NCBI GenBank assembly: GCA_052327205.1
Contig: CM126210.1
Location: 60,450,001-60,514,000, forward strand
Length of the DNA stretch: 64,000 nucleotides
Reading direction: 5' to 3'
Source: Somniosus microcephalus
Taxonomy: Eukaryota
This document shows positions 33,589-47,300 of this stretch, in pieces. Every line of letters starts with the position of its first letter. Within the stretch, counting starts at the first letter, position 1. Both the position numbers and the translations under genes were made by a program. Below the pieces are notes generated by a model. The model had not been told where the DNA came from. It saw nothing but the letters and a program-made list of their open reading frames with translations, and did no database searches.

Positions 33589-35435
33589 GATTATTCCCAA
33601 CAATTGTGCAAAATGTATTATTGCCCAAAACTCACTCCTGCTCTGTGTCTGTCCGCCGCCATTTTGACTGGGGCCTTTGGACAGGCAGCCAAGGTTTCCA
33701 CCGGAAACAGGAGGGAGCCTCACTCTACAATGCGAATCAAGATCTTAGGACATCAATAGGGCCCCAGTGCAATTTTCAAGTCCCAATGGGCAGAGGGCGT
33801 GCTGCGTCCTGTGGCATTGCACATAGAGCAGCCTTAGAAGCAGTCTGTAAAGGGACTGCTGGTGGCCGCTCCAAAAATGGGGCAGGTAGGAGCATTATTG
33901 CAAAAATCGACCAGCCTGATGCCTGACCCTTCGCAGGCTGTACCCCCCGGGGTGAAAACATCCCCCCTGCCCTCCTTAACCTAACTCCTCCGAGGAGCCA
34001 CTAGATTTCCCTCTTCCTCTGATTAGAATCCAGGGGCAGCTCCCTGCGAATATAACAATGGGGTGACCATCAATATGGTTCAGGCCTCTGGGTGGTGGGC
34101 TCACTCTGGCCCCCTTTCACCCGCATCAAAATCATGTCTCCCCCCTCCCGCCACACCACGGTGTTTTATTGTTAAAAATTACAGCAAGATGTGCTTTGAA
34201 ATTTACCATTGGATGAAGTCCTGGGAAAAATTGTACATCCAAATTAAAAAAAGAGAAAAACAAAAATGGGGACATCATTACTCAATGAGAGGTGTTGAAT
34301 TAGTGGGGATGGGGAGGGGAGAATCAGAGAAATCTGGGAGTAACAGCAGACTCAACACTTACCACATCCAATCATTGTGGAGCAGCAATCAACAAAGGAA
34401 ACAGAATGGTCAGTCACATTGTCAAAGCAGAGTACAAGTCTGACGCTGACATATGGTGCTCTGGTGCTGCACCTTGACCAGCTCTGGTCACCGAGGTGGG
34501 AGGGAAATGCCTGGACCCTAAAAACCATGCAGAGAAGGGCCCGAGGCCAATTCCTACTGTCAGAGAACTGAGTAATGAGGAAAGGTTAGAAGGACTCAGA
34601 CTCCTTCTGCTTAAAAGGAGGTGAATGACGGAGGCTGATACAGGCACGCAAGATACTAAGTGGAATAGAAAAGGTGGATCAAGTTAAACTGTGACTACAG
34701 GACAGGGACACCTGTACTTGTACTGGTGATCTTTAGTTCCTTTCTTTGCTCAGACAGCACCAGTGGGACTTACAAAGCTCTGAGACTCAACAAAACTGGA
34801 GTTGGAAGAGGAGCTGGTGCTGCCATTTTGGTCTCACCTCGAGGATTACCTCTTGAGAACTAGAACTTGAGGCCTCTTTGGGTTGACGACGCAGGGATGT
34901 TATTCTTGCCTGAAGGACTGCCTCCCGACAAACTATAATGGCCCTCTGCTTAGTTTGGAGCAGGCAACTTTTGGAATTGCGAGGTCTCAGGTAGATAAGA
35001 GTCGAGGAAGGGCCCAGGACAATCAGTGCAGCTCTGATAATTGGGTCCCACCTCCCGCTGCAAACCACAGAAAGTCTTCCTTGATCAACTGACAATAAAA
35101 ATCCCACGGCCACAAACTCATCAACAAAATGTAAATAGTGAAAGGCTGATCCTAAGAATACCATAAATTTGGGAACAGTGACCGTGAAACAGACATCATC
35201 ATGGAGGACACCAAGGGAATGAAACTGCTCTTTGCTGAAAGTTGGAATCGGGCGACAGCGACTCGGCAGCCCGTATTACATCGCGCACAATTTTGTTTTT
35301 CATTTAACTCAATGAGCACGGTATAAAGCAGGCCGCGACTTCACTATCGGCCATTTTGCCCTTTCTCCAAAGACCAATTTCACCCTCTTCAAGTTCCTTA
35401 AAGAAAGTTGAGGAAGGAAGTATTAGCAAGCCTAC

Positions 35436-35538
35436 CAGTGATTTCACTTTCCTCATTTTGTAGTTTACTGATGGATGCTTCTTTCTTTCATGTCCCTGTC
35501 GGCTAAGGTCAGGGGTGGCTCCGCCTCCCTTCCTTTTC
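35436..35538 (-). CDS. FBXO16: FBXO16 coding exon
   Basis: ttccag|G ... CTG|gtagg. KRKGGGATPDLSRQGHERKKHPSVNYKMRKVKSL resembles the TPDFSRQ..RKAQSM segment of mammalian FBXO16. Confidence 0.88.
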
Positions 35539-36292
35539 CTGGAAAAATATAGCAGCCCCCACCCAAAAATAATGATATTAATTCAAGACACGACATACAG
35601 AATGAATAGAGAATAATGCACAGCGACAGGTGAGATAGGCACAGGCCCAACCCATTACCTGCAGTAAGGTGCGAGGGAAGTTACTCGGAGGCTATGTGAC
35701 AGGTTACACGAATAAACCACAATAATCCCCACTAACATGTCAAACATCAAACCGAACATAAAAAGGAATAGCCTACTCTGTTCAATTAAAAATCGATCCA
35801 TAAATAATAAAATACAATAAAAGATAACTTATTGTTTTATACATAAATTGTTAGTTTTGTCAGTTTTTTTAATTTGGGGGTCTGTGGTATAGTTTGACCC
35901 AAAATAAAGCTATTTATAGCTTTCATAGATCGAGTGAACTCATTTTACTTTTATTTAAATCTTTTCCACACTCTCCTCAATAAAAAGATTATTCCCAAGG
36001 TCTCAGTTAGATTCCCATTCGGAAAGGTACTGGGCTCCAGTATTCTTCTCCTCACTGTTCTTGGGTGCTGCACCTCACCTGAGCTGAACCCACTGGCATT
36101 TGCAGGTTCAGGCCATTTACGTGACTCCAATGTGGTCCAGCCGCCCACCATCGCCCTGTACCTAGAATCAGGGGCAGAAAGGCAGTGGTGGCAATGGGAA
36201 ACCCAACCCCAAAGACTTGATGGCCCCTGTGGAAAAAGAAAAGCACATTTCCCTTTCTTGACCTTGCTGCCTGGCCCTCATACAACTTCCGA

Positions 36293-36965
36293 TGTGAAGG
36301 GGGCCAGGAGCAGGAGCCTGTGGCAGCCTCTTCAGGCCCCATGTGAAGGGGGCCAGGAGCAGCAGCAGGAGCCTGTGGCAGCTTCTTCAGGCCCCATGTG
36401 AAGGGGGCCAGGAGCAGGAGCCTGTGACAGCTTCTTCAGGCCCCATGTGAAGGGGGCCAGGAGCAGGAGCCTGTGACAGCTTCTTCAGGCCCCATGTGAA
36501 GGGGGCCAGGAGCAGGAGCCTGTGGCAGCCTCTTCAGGCCCCATGTGAAGGGGGCCAGGAGCAGGAGCCTGTGGCAGCTTCTTCAGGCCCCATGTGAAGG
36601 GGGCCAGGAGCAGGAGCCTGTGACAGCTTCTTCAGGCCCCATGTGAAGGGGGCCAGGAGCAGGAGCCTGTGACAGCTTCTTCAGGGGCCATGTGAAGGGG
36701 GCCAGGAGCAGGAGCCTGTGGCAGCCTCTTCAGGCCCCATGTGAAGGGGGCCAGGAGCAGGAGCCTGTGACAGCTTCTTCAGGCCCCATCTGAAGGGGGC
36801 CAGGAGCAGGAGCCTGTGACAGCTTCTTCAGGCCCCATGTGAAGGGGGCCAGGAGCAGGAGCCTGTGACAGCCTCTTCAGGGGCCAGGAGCAGGAGCCTG
36901 TGACAGCTTCTACAGGCCCCATGTGAAGGGGGCCAGGAGCAGGAGCCTGTGACAGCCTCTTCAGG
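36293..36965. repeat. 49-bp GC-rich minisatellite (tgtgaagggggccaggagcaggagcctgtgacagcttcttcaggcccca)
   Basis: 49-bp period (e.g. 36397, 36446), about 13-14 units, within an FBXO16 intron. Confidence 0.97.
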
Positions 36966-37304
36966 CTTCATTCTTCTAGTTATCCCTCTGGTGAACCTTC
37001 AGGAACACATGGTAGGGCTGGGAATGCCCCATTTACGTGCCCGGCCCTTTGCCTGCCACCCAGAGAAAGCTCCCGAAACCCCAGGACAACGTGAAAGGGG
37101 TGGAGACTCGGCAACAGACATCCCCGCCCCTTTTCGTCGGGGAAATTAATCTTTCCCTGGGCCCATTGAGAGCGACATCAGGGCCCTGGAATCCACTGAC
37201 GCGTCGCGGCAACAGCTAGAGAACTGGGGTGTTGGGACACCAACAAGCCCCTCCCGAGTGATTTGCGCTCCCTTCCCCAAACCCCCAAAAACAGGTTTCC
37301 TTAC

Positions 37305-37519
37305 GCTTGCCCGGCTTGCTCAGTGGGGTCACAGTTGTCCAGGTAGTTGAAGCGTATGGTGTCTGTCGGGTGCCGGTCTGACCCGCGCCAGGGCGGGAGC
37401 TCGTGCCACGCTTTCCCAGGCAGGGATCGAGTTGCTGTTGTCTTGGGCTGCTTCTGGTCCGCGGGATCCTTCGGTAACGGATGGACTTCCGCCACAATAA
37501 ACTCGTCTTTGGGCAGAGT
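37305..37519 (-). CDS. FBXO16: FBXO16 coding exon
   Basis: cccag|ACT ... GC|gtaag. Encodes TLPKDEFIVAEV...LPPWRGSDRHPTDTIRFNYLDN. Confidence 0.92.
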
Positions 37520-37674
37520 CTGGGAACAGGAGGAACGCTGAATAAAGAGACTGTGGAGTCAGTCCCACAGGTTGTTAAGCTTGACCTTGGAAAGGGGGCG
37601 GCGGGTGTCAAGGAAGAACTCCACAACCCGCACAAGACCCTCGAATCTAGTATGAGGTTTAAAAATAGAGAAGC

Positions 37675-38260
37675 GTAGAATCTTACAGCACAGAAGGAGG
37701 CCATTCGACCCATCGTGCCTGTGCTGGCTCTTTAAAAGAGCTATCCAATTAGTCCCACTTGCCCTGCTCTTTCCCCATAGCACTGCAAATTTCTCGTTTT
37801 CAAGTATTTATCCAATTCCCCTTTGAAAGTTATTATTGAATCTACTTCCACCACCCTTTAAGGCAGTGCATTCCAGATCATAACAACTCACAGCATAAAA
37901 ACTATTATCCTCATCTTCCCTCTGGCTCTTTTGCCAATTACCTTAAATCTGTTTCCTCTGGTTACTGACCCTCTACTGGAAACAGTTTATCCTTATTTAC
38001 TCTATGAAAACCCCTCATAATTTTGAACACCTCAATTAAATCTCCCCTTAACCTTCTCTGCTCTGAGGAGAACAACCCCAGCTTCTCTAATCTCTCCATG
38101 TAACTGAAGGCCCTCATCCTTGGTGCCATTCTAGTAAATCTCCTCTGTCCCCTCTCCAAGGCTTTGACATCCTTCCTAAAGTGTGGTGTCCAGAATTGGT
38201 CACAATATTCCAACTGAGCCTAACCTGTGTTTTATAAAGGTTTAGCATACCTTCTTTGCT
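37675..38260 (-). mobile_element. CR1 3' fragment
   Basis: ORF 37962..38213 EYC.QFW..LEKLGLFS..RGDLIEVFKI. Confidence 0.9.
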
Positions 38261-38717
38261 GCTCTGCATTCAAGGCCATTCTGTGTTCAAATAATAACTG
38301 GTTAATAGTTTTAACATATGTAAGCCAAAAGACTTATTGTCCACATGCATTGAATGGATGACACTGGCGAGCCAATACTGTGGTGTGTCTGTGCATACAG
38401 TGACAGTGAGAACTGGATTCTAGTATTGCTGCATTGTTTGGAGCCTTGACACCTCGCCAGAGATTAAGAGTAACTCTCAAAGCAGTTTATTTGTATTCCA
38501 CAAAAATAAAGTACTTTGTTAACTAACTTCAAATCATTAATAAGTTGAAGGAGTGGATTTACAGTTTTTTTTCTAAATGTCTCCATTTTCTTTCTACCAT
38601 GTGTCCTCCAACCCCCAGATGTGAGTAGACTGTGGACTTGCTGCTGTACACACCGAGGCTACTCTACCAATAGTTGCTGGGAGATTGTTAGGAGCAGCCT
38701 GGAATGACTTTTGTCCT

Positions 38718-39026
38718 GTTTGGGATTGATACAGGGCTATGGGGAAAGAGTGAGGCAGTGGGATTAGTTTGGGATTGATACAGGGCAATGGGAAGAGAGC
38801 GGGGCAGTGGGATTTGTTTTGGATTGATACAGGGCTATGGGGAGAGAGCGGGGCAGTGGGATGTGTTTGGGATTGATTCAGGGAAATGGGGAGAGACCGG
38901 GGCAATGGGATTAGTTTGGGATTGATACAGGGCTATGGGGAGAGAGCAGGGCAGTGGGATTTGTTTTGGATTGATACAGGATTATGGGGAGAGAGCAGGG
39001 CAGTGAGATTTGTTTTGGATTGCTCT
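38718..39026 (+). repeat. 49-bp minisatellite derived from the CR1 3' tail
   Basis: About 6 units of ggattgatacagggctatggggagagagcggggcagtgggatttgtttt. Confidence 0.9.
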
Positions 39027-39515
39027 AGCAATGAGCCTCCTTCTGTGATGTAAACTTCTATGGAAACTTGACCTTATGCTTGAAGCATACAAGGTAATGT
39101 GCCATAGGGAAACATTGAAATATTCTACCCTTGGGGTTATGCATTGGAAAGAGTACGGCCTACCCACTGTGTCCTCCAGATCTCTCCAAAGCAGCAGAAA
39201 ACACCATGCTAGGTGCAAGCTTTCAGCTCAGTGGTAACATTCCCGCCTCTAAGTCAGAAGGTGCAGGGTTCGTACCCCGCTCCAGACAGTCCCGGCGAGT
39301 GGGGACCAGAGCTCCGGCTCTGAACTCTGGGTTGACATCCAACGGGATCCTCGCATCCAGTGGGTGTGGGTGCCCCTCCGTCCCCTCACCATGTGGGTTG
39401 TGGGAGCCCATAAAACCCTACCACTATATAGGATTAACATCCCAATCAGCTGCTATAAAGATGGTTACAGCCATAGAAGCAGTGTTCACATCGCCATCCT
39501 GTCACACTGTTAATC

Positions 39516-39632
39516 ATGGTGTGGAGATGCCGGAGTTGGACTGAGGTGGACAAATGTAAGAAGTCACACAACACCAGGTTATAGTCCAACAGCTTGAAAT
39601 CACAAGCTTTCAGAGCGCTGCTCCTTCGTCAG
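39516..39632 (-). mobile_element. Penelope 3'-end fragment (family of 496-2747)
   Basis: Reverse complement of about 2627-2747. Confidence 0.9.
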
Positions 39633-40832
39633 CCTGCAAATCCTTCCACTACTTCACACTATTCTCCAAGGGAAGAGTGTGAAGAAATATGTGACAGGTC
39701 AGATAGCGTAGGCCAAAATTACTAATCAAATTTATTGTAAGATAAAGATTAGACAGAAGCAAGCATGAATCAGAAGAGAAATGGTACTTTATCCCATCCA
39801 TTCCGAAGTCTTAGCAGTTCTCTTTAGTAACTTGATCATGAGTTGTGATGGAAAGCTTTAACTGAGGAATGAGCCCTTGTAGGCTCTGTCAGTCCTTAAT
39901 TGGTATAAGGACACAGTGAAATAGGAAACTGAAGACCTTGAGGCATCAGTCTCTTTGCTTACCTCCAAACTAGCATAACAAAGATAATTATGCCACCCTT
40001 CCCAATTAATCAACAGCAACAACAATTTGCATTTCTTTAGCACCTTTAACATAGTAAAACATCCCAAGGCACTTAATCAAAACTGACCACCTTTGAAATA
40101 CAGCTTGCAGTGGCAGAGCAGAGACATAAGGAATCCACAGGTGTAAACAACTTCAACCCAGCACTGAGCCTCACCAGACAAGTTATGATTTACTTAGAAT
40201 CATGTCCTGGACAATTTGTTTATGTGTTTACCCCTTATGACTGAGAATTCAATCATATCTTTTTAACAATGCAGTTATCTGGACCAATTTAAAACTGTAA
40301 TTAATATACACTATTCCCAGGGGAATGTATCATGATTTGCTAGCTGGCTCTCGAGTTAAGACAAGGGAACCACAGCAGTTTTCAGACATTTTCCATTTTA
40401 ATCATTCCAGTGCCCAGACCAAGTTACAAATTCAACAAAAACAAAAGACTGGGCTAGTCTTAGGATCTGTCACAGGGACAAACACTTCAATTTAAAAATT
40501 GCAAATTTATTGCTCCACAAAATAATAAACTATGCATTAATTCTTATAATTAATTCTTATAATATATGATCGCCATGTTTTTAAGCTCATTCGTTTTTAT
40601 ATTGTGTACTTTGCTCTCTGAGAGAATGAACAGTTTTGAGACCTGTATCAGTACTGCATACAGTGATATGACAGCTGGTCATTCTTTCCTTAGAAACACC
40701 TCTACACCTTTTCCTAGGTTTTCAGGTACAGGGTATGTTACCTTTCCCAATACTGGAAATATAAGCACAGTTACAGCTATCAAACTAGTGAATGCAATAA
40801 ACTGCTGATGTATATAGGGATATGTTACTAAC

Positions 40833-40997
40833 CTTTGGTTTGGTGACATTCAGTTCCTTCACCATCTCAATGTAGTGCCTCTTCCAGATTCTTTGCTCGT
40901 AGGGAGTGGGTGAGAAGCTGATGTACCAGCCCAGTCTCAGGCATTTGGGCATCCAGAGTTGGTCCAGTTCAGCCAAACCCTTCCAGTGCCAGCTCAC
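40833..40997 (-). CDS. FBXO16: FBXO16 coding exon
   Basis: cag|GTG ... AAG|gttagt. Encodes VSWHWKGLAELDQLWMPKCLRLGWYISFSPTPYEQRIWKRHYIEMVKELNVTKPK. Confidence 0.95.
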
Positions 40998-41620
40998 CTG
41001 CGGCACAGCAGAAAGGACACAGCTCATTTTCAGCGAGATCTGAGGAGCGGCAATACTAACAACGTACACGTGCAAGTCTGTGGCCGGAATTTTCCAGCGG
41101 CCGTGCGTGCAGATTTGGAGGCGGGTTAGCAGTAAAATTTGCAGAAGATGGGAGCGGGTCAGGAACATGCCGTGATCCGGCCTCCTCGCGCCTTTAACTC
41201 GGGCGCGTTTGCCAGCGCTCCACACACCCGAATGGCAGAGGCAGGCAACCTAATTAATCTCATTAATTCCTTGTGGTGAGACCCTTAACAGGGATTTTAA
41301 GCAGATCTTTTGAATTGCACTGGATGACCACAGAAATCACGCAGCTCGGGAACCACGTTTATCAACCTGAAGCAGAAGCTCAGTGGCCATTGATCGATGT
41401 CATTAATGCAGAGCATGGAAATCCCAATAAATACTCCCACATGACACCTGATTACTTGCCGACTTCATTTTGAGCACAGATTTAGGTGTCTACAGTTTGC
41501 AAGTCTATTCTGCAACCTCGGAAGCCACTCTCACCACATTGCTAGTAACTATAACGACAGTGACAGATTGCTGCTCTGATCTCCACTTGACCTGCCATCT
41601 ATTACATAAAGCATGGATGG

Positions 41621-42782
41621 ATGGATACTGTCTCACCTTGGTCCTCAGAATCAGACCAGGATGAGCCCCAACACCAGCAGCAGCAACAACACCAACAACC
41701 TTCTCCTCAACGACGTGATGCTCCACAGGACAGAGGGCATCAGCGCTGCACCACGCCGGAGGTGATACCAGCAACACAGTGTACAGTATATAGACAGAGG
41801 ATGAGCTTCCACAAAATGACTGAGCAGCAGTGCCAAAGAAGGCTCAGGCTATCATGCCAGGTCGTTGCAGACATTTGCAGCTTGCTGGAGCAGGACCTGC
41901 AGCCTTGCCAGTGGATGTCAAAGTCACCAGTGCCCTCAACCTCTTCGCCTCAGGCTCCATCCAGGGATCTGCAGCAGATATTTACGGCATCTCGCAGTTG
42001 GCCGCCCACAGATGCATTACACAGGTGACGCTATGTTTGACAAGTCAGCCAATTATGTCAACTTTGCCACTGATGAAGCCAGTGTTACTGAGCCGGCGCT
42101 TGGCTTTGCCACTCTGGCAGGCTTCCCACGGGTACAGGGCATCATCGACTGCACACATATGGCCATCAGGGCACCCCCACATCACCCAGGAGTGTTTGTG
42201 AACCACAAGGACTTCCACTTCCTCAATGTGCAGCTTGTCTGCAACCATAGATCATGATGCATGTATGCACCAAAATCCCTGGCAGCTGTCATGACTCTTT
42301 CATTCTGCGCCAGTCCACTCTCTCTCAGCTCTTCGCACCGCAAAACACACTTACCGACTGGCTGCTTGGAGACAAGGGCTATCCACTGAAGACATGGCTT
42401 ATGACACCCTTGAGGAGGCCAAGCAGTGAGGCTCAGGAGCGCTATAATGAAAGCCACATGTCCACCAGATGTGTCATAGAGCAAACAATTGGCATGCTGA
42501 AGATACGCTTCAGATGCCTTGACAGATCTGGAGGAGTCCTTCAGTACTCACCAGCCAGGATCTCCAGAATTGTCGTTGTCTGTTGCACGCTGCACAACAT
42601 AGTGCAGTAATGAGGATTACAGCTGCATGAAGAACAAGGCCTCTTCAGAGGAGGAGGAGCATCAGCTGGAAGACGAGGAGGAGGAGGAGCAGGAGGAGCC
42701 TGAGGTCCATATGCCAGCAGCACCGGAGCACATTGCTGCCTGGGAGGCCAGGGATGGTTTCATCATGGCAAGATTTACTTAA
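41621..42782 (+). pseudogene. Harbinger DDE transposase (HARBI1-like), frameshifted
   Basis: Motifs [54 protein letters not shown] spread over several frames. Confidence 0.92.
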
Positions 42783-44332
42783 CTTCCTGCATTACACCCA
42801 TATGGCACGGAGCAGTCCCGTGCAATAAAGTTTTAAGTAGGTTCACGGATTCCCAGGCCGCCTGCCTTTTCTGTGGCCTGGAGGAGTCCGTGCTCCATGT
42901 ATATATGGAGTGTGAGAGGTTGCAGCCCCTCTTCCACTATTTTAAGGGGCTGCTCCTCGATTTCTGGCTGCACTTCAGTCCCATGCTCTTTGGTCACCCG
43001 GAGCGGGCAGATCGGGGGGCCTCCACGTAGGACTGCTCCTGGGCATGGCCAAAGTGGCCATCAACTGGTCCAGGCAGTGGGTGGTCGAGGGGGTCATTCT
43101 GACTGCCTCTCTTCTGCGGCTACGTTCCCGTCCGGGTGGCCCTGGAGATGGAGCATGCGGTGTCCGCCAGCACGCTCGAGGCCTTCTGCGACCAGTGGGC
43201 ACCACAGAGGCTGGAGTGCATTATCACCATCAGTAATGGAATTTAAATTTAATTTATTAAGTTTCCTTTAATGTATTTTTGTTAATTTACAGTTTATTTG
43301 TTCGTACCCAAAAGCATACATCCATATGACTGCCACATGCCGTGCCAGGTTCCCCCACCACCCACCCTGCAACAACACCATAAAGCATACCTACAATGAC
43401 CAAGCCATTCCTTTCACACTGACCCCATTGCTGGAGGTAACGTTATGTCTCACCATTCACTCCAACTCACTTCCAAAGTAGCAGACAAAAATGTGCATGA
43501 ACGGAAAGTAGTTAAAATAAATAGTTTTATACGTGTCATAACAGTAGCGGAACCTTAACAATAACACTTCTTTAAACACCCATGTGCTTACCCTTGTGCA
43601 TCTACTTCTGTGTCATTTTTTGTTTATGCGTGCTTCTACGAAGTGCAACCCCTGTGGCTTCATCAGAGGTAGAGGCAGCCTGCTCACTTCCCTGCTGCGA
43701 CTGCGTAGACACTTTTGGCAGATGTACTCTGGGCTTTGGAGCCTCTGATGGCCCCGCCAAAGTTTGCTGCTCCTGAGACTGTGCAGAGGCAGACTCGGCC
43801 ATCGCGATCTGAGGAGGCATCTGGGGCTTTGACGGTGGGGGGCGGGGCAACAGGGGAGAAGTATGAGCAGTTTGAGAGGAGCCCCCACTTCCATGTCCCC
43901 TCTCACCATCATCCCTCTCATGGGCCACCTGCACTTCCCTGCCATGAGGACCCAAATCTACGTTTACATCCCTCCTAGAGAGAAGGTCTATGAGCCTCTG
44001 CCATCTGTTGTCCATAGATAGCATATGCTCATGAGTGGCGTATTAGCTGCTCCATGCAGGTGGCCATCCTTTCCATGGAAGAGCATACCGTCCCCGTCAC
44101 CTACAATATGGCGGTGCTCATGTTGGAGATGGACTCGTCCGTTTCCTGCACATTTGCAGACATCACAGCCACAAAACCTGACAGAGCCTCCTGCAACTCC
44201 AGGATCATCCTCTTTCTCGATGGCCCCTGAGGTGCAGCTGAGCAGAGCTGGGAGTTTTCCTGCGCCCTCCGGCGAGGAGTCTCCACTGCTGTCCCTGTCT
44301 CCACGATCTGCTTTTGCTCACTTGTGACTTTT

Positions 44333-47300
44333 AAAAAATTCGTTTTTATGGGATCTGGGTGTCACTGGCAAGGCCAGCATTTATTGCCCATCCCTAGTTG
44401 TCTTTGAGAAGGTGGTGGTGAGCCGCCTTCTTGAACTGCAGACCGTGTGGTGAAGGTACTCCCACAGTGCTGTTAGGTAGGGAGTTCCAGGATTTTGACC
44501 CAGCGATGATGAAGGATCGGCGATATACTTCTAAGTCAGAATGGTGTGTGACTTGGAGGGGAGCTTGGAGGTGGTGGTGTTCCCATGCACCTGCTGCCCT
44601 TGTCCTTCTAGGTAGAAGAGGTCGCGCATTTGGGAATTGCTGCCGAAGAAGCCTTGGCGAGTTGCTGCAGTGCATCTTGTAGATGGTGCACGCTGCAGCC
44701 ACGGTATGCCGGTGGTGGAGGGAGTGAATGTTTAAGGTGGTGGATGGGGTGCCAATCAAACGGGCTGCTTTATCCTGGATGGTGTTGAGCTTCTTGAGTG
44801 TTGTTGGAGCTGCACTCATCCAGGCAAGTGGAGAGTATTCCATCACACTCCTTACTTGTGTCTTGTAGGTGGAAAGGCTTTGGGGAGTCAGGAGGTGAGA
44901 CACTCGCCGCAGAATACCTAGCCTCTGACCTGCTCTTGTTGCCATAGTATTTATGTGGCTGCTCCAGTTAAGTTTCTGGTTAATGGTGACCCCCAGGATG
45001 TTGATAGTGGGGGATTCGCCGATGGTAATGCCATTGAATGTCAAGGGGAGATGGTTAGACTCTCGCTTGTTGGAGATAGTCATTGCCTGGCACTTCTGTG
45101 GCGTGAATGTTACCTGCCACTTATCAGCCCAAGCCTGCACATTGTCCAGGTCTTGTTGCATGCGGGCATGGACTGCTTCATTATCTGAGGAGTTGTGAAT
45201 GGCACTGAACACTGTGCAGTCATCAGCGAACATCCCCATTTCTGACCTCATGTTGGAGGGAAGGTCATTGATAAAGCAGCTGAAGATGGTTGGGCCTAGG
45301 ACACTGCCCCGAGGAACTTCTGCAGCAATGTCCTGGGGCTGTGATGATTGACCTTCAACCACCACAACCATCTTCCTTTGTGCTAGGTATGACTCCAGCC
45401 AGTGGAGCATTTTCCCCATTATTCCCATTGACTTCAGTTTTACTGGGGCTCCTTGATGCCACACTCGGTCAAATGCTGCCTTGATGTCAAGGGCAGTCAC
45501 TTTCACCTCACCTCTGGCATTCAGCTCCTTTGTCCATGTTTGGACCAAGGCTGTAATGAGGTCGGGAGCCGAGTGGTCTTGGCAGAACCCAAACTGGGCA
45601 TCAGTGAGCAGGTGCCGCTTGATAGCACTGTCGATGACACCTTCCATCACTTTGCTGATGATTGAGAGTAGACTGATGGGGCGGTAATTGGCTGGGTTGG
45701 ATTTGTCCTGCTTTTTGTGGACAGGACATACCTGGGCAGTTTTCCACATTGTCGGATAGCTGCCAGTGTTGTAGCTGTACTGGAACAGCTTGGCTAGAGG
45801 TGCGGCTAGTTCTGGAGCACAAGTCTTCAGCACGACAGCCGGGATGCATAGCCTTTGTTGTATCCAGTGCGCTCAGCCGTTTCTTGATATCACGTGGAGT
45901 GAATCAAATTGGCTGAAGACTGGCTTCTGTGACGTTGGGGACCTGGGGAGTATGCCGATATGGATCATCCACTCGGCACTTCTGGCTGCAAACGCTTCAG
46001 CCTTGTCTTTTGCACTCACGTGCTGAGCTCCACCATCATTGAGGATGGGGATATTTTTGGAGCCTCCTCCTCCCGTTAGTTGTTTAATGGTCCACCACCA
46101 TTCACGACTGGATGTGGCAGGACTGCAGAGCTTTGATCTGATCCGTTGATTGTGGGATTGCTTAGCCCTGTCTATAGCATGCTGTTTCCGCGTTTTAGCA
46201 TGCATGTAGTCCTGCGTTGCAGCTTCCCCAGGTTGGCACATCATTTTTAGAAGAGCATGCCTGGTGCTGCTCCTGGCATGCTCTTCTACACTCGTTGTTG
46301 AACCAGGGTTGGTGGTAATGGTAGAGTGAGGGATATGCTGGGCCATGAGGTTACAGATTGTGGTGGAATACAATTCTGCTGCTGCCCCACATCTGTTCTG
46401 AATCTATCCCATTTAGCACGGTGGTAGTGTCAGACAACACGATGGAGGGTGTTCGCAGTGTGAAGACGGGACTTCGTCTCCACAATGACTGTGCGGTGGT
46501 CACTGCTGCCATGGACAGATGCATCTGCGACAGGTAGATTGGTGAAGACGAGGTCAAGTCGGTTTTTCCCTCATGTTGGTTCTCTCACCAGGCCCAGACT
46601 GGCAGTTATGTCCTTCAGGACTCGGCCAGCAGTGGTGCTACCGAGCCATTCTTGGTGATGGACATTGAAGGCCCCCACCCAGGGTACATTCTGTGCCCCT
46701 GCTACTCTCAGTGCTTCTTCCAAGTGGTGTTCAACATGGCGGAGTACTGATTCATCAGCTGACGGAGGGCAGTAGGTGGTAATCAGCAGGCGGTTTCCTT
46801 GCCCATGCTTGACCTGAAGCCATGAGGCTTCATGGGGTTCGGAGTCAATGTTGAAGACTCCCAGGGCCACTCCTTCCCAACTGTATACCACTCCGCCACC
46901 ACCCCTGGCGGGTCTGTCCTGCCGGTGGGACAGGACACACCAGGGATGGTGATGGAGGAGTTTGGGACATTGGCATGATTCTGTTGCTTGACTAGTCTAT
47001 GGGACAGCTCTCCCAATTTTGGCACAAGTCCCCCAATATTGGTGAGGAAGACTTTGCAGGGTTGACGTGTCTGGTGCCGAGGTCAATGCCAGGTGGTCCG
47101 TCCGGTTTTATTCTTATTATTTTGTTTCATAGCAGTTAGTTACAACTGATTGACTTGCTAGGCCATTTCAGAGGGTAGTTAAGAGACAACCACATTGGTG
47201 TGGGTTTGGAGTCACATATAGGCCAGACCAGGTAAGGACAGCCAATTTCCTTCCCTAAAGGACATTAGTGAACCAGATGGGTTTTTATGACAATCTGGTA

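Noticed and set aside
41621-42782. Domesticated HARBI1 host gene
   Set aside because: Frameshifted, and enclosed by TIRs and a TSD.
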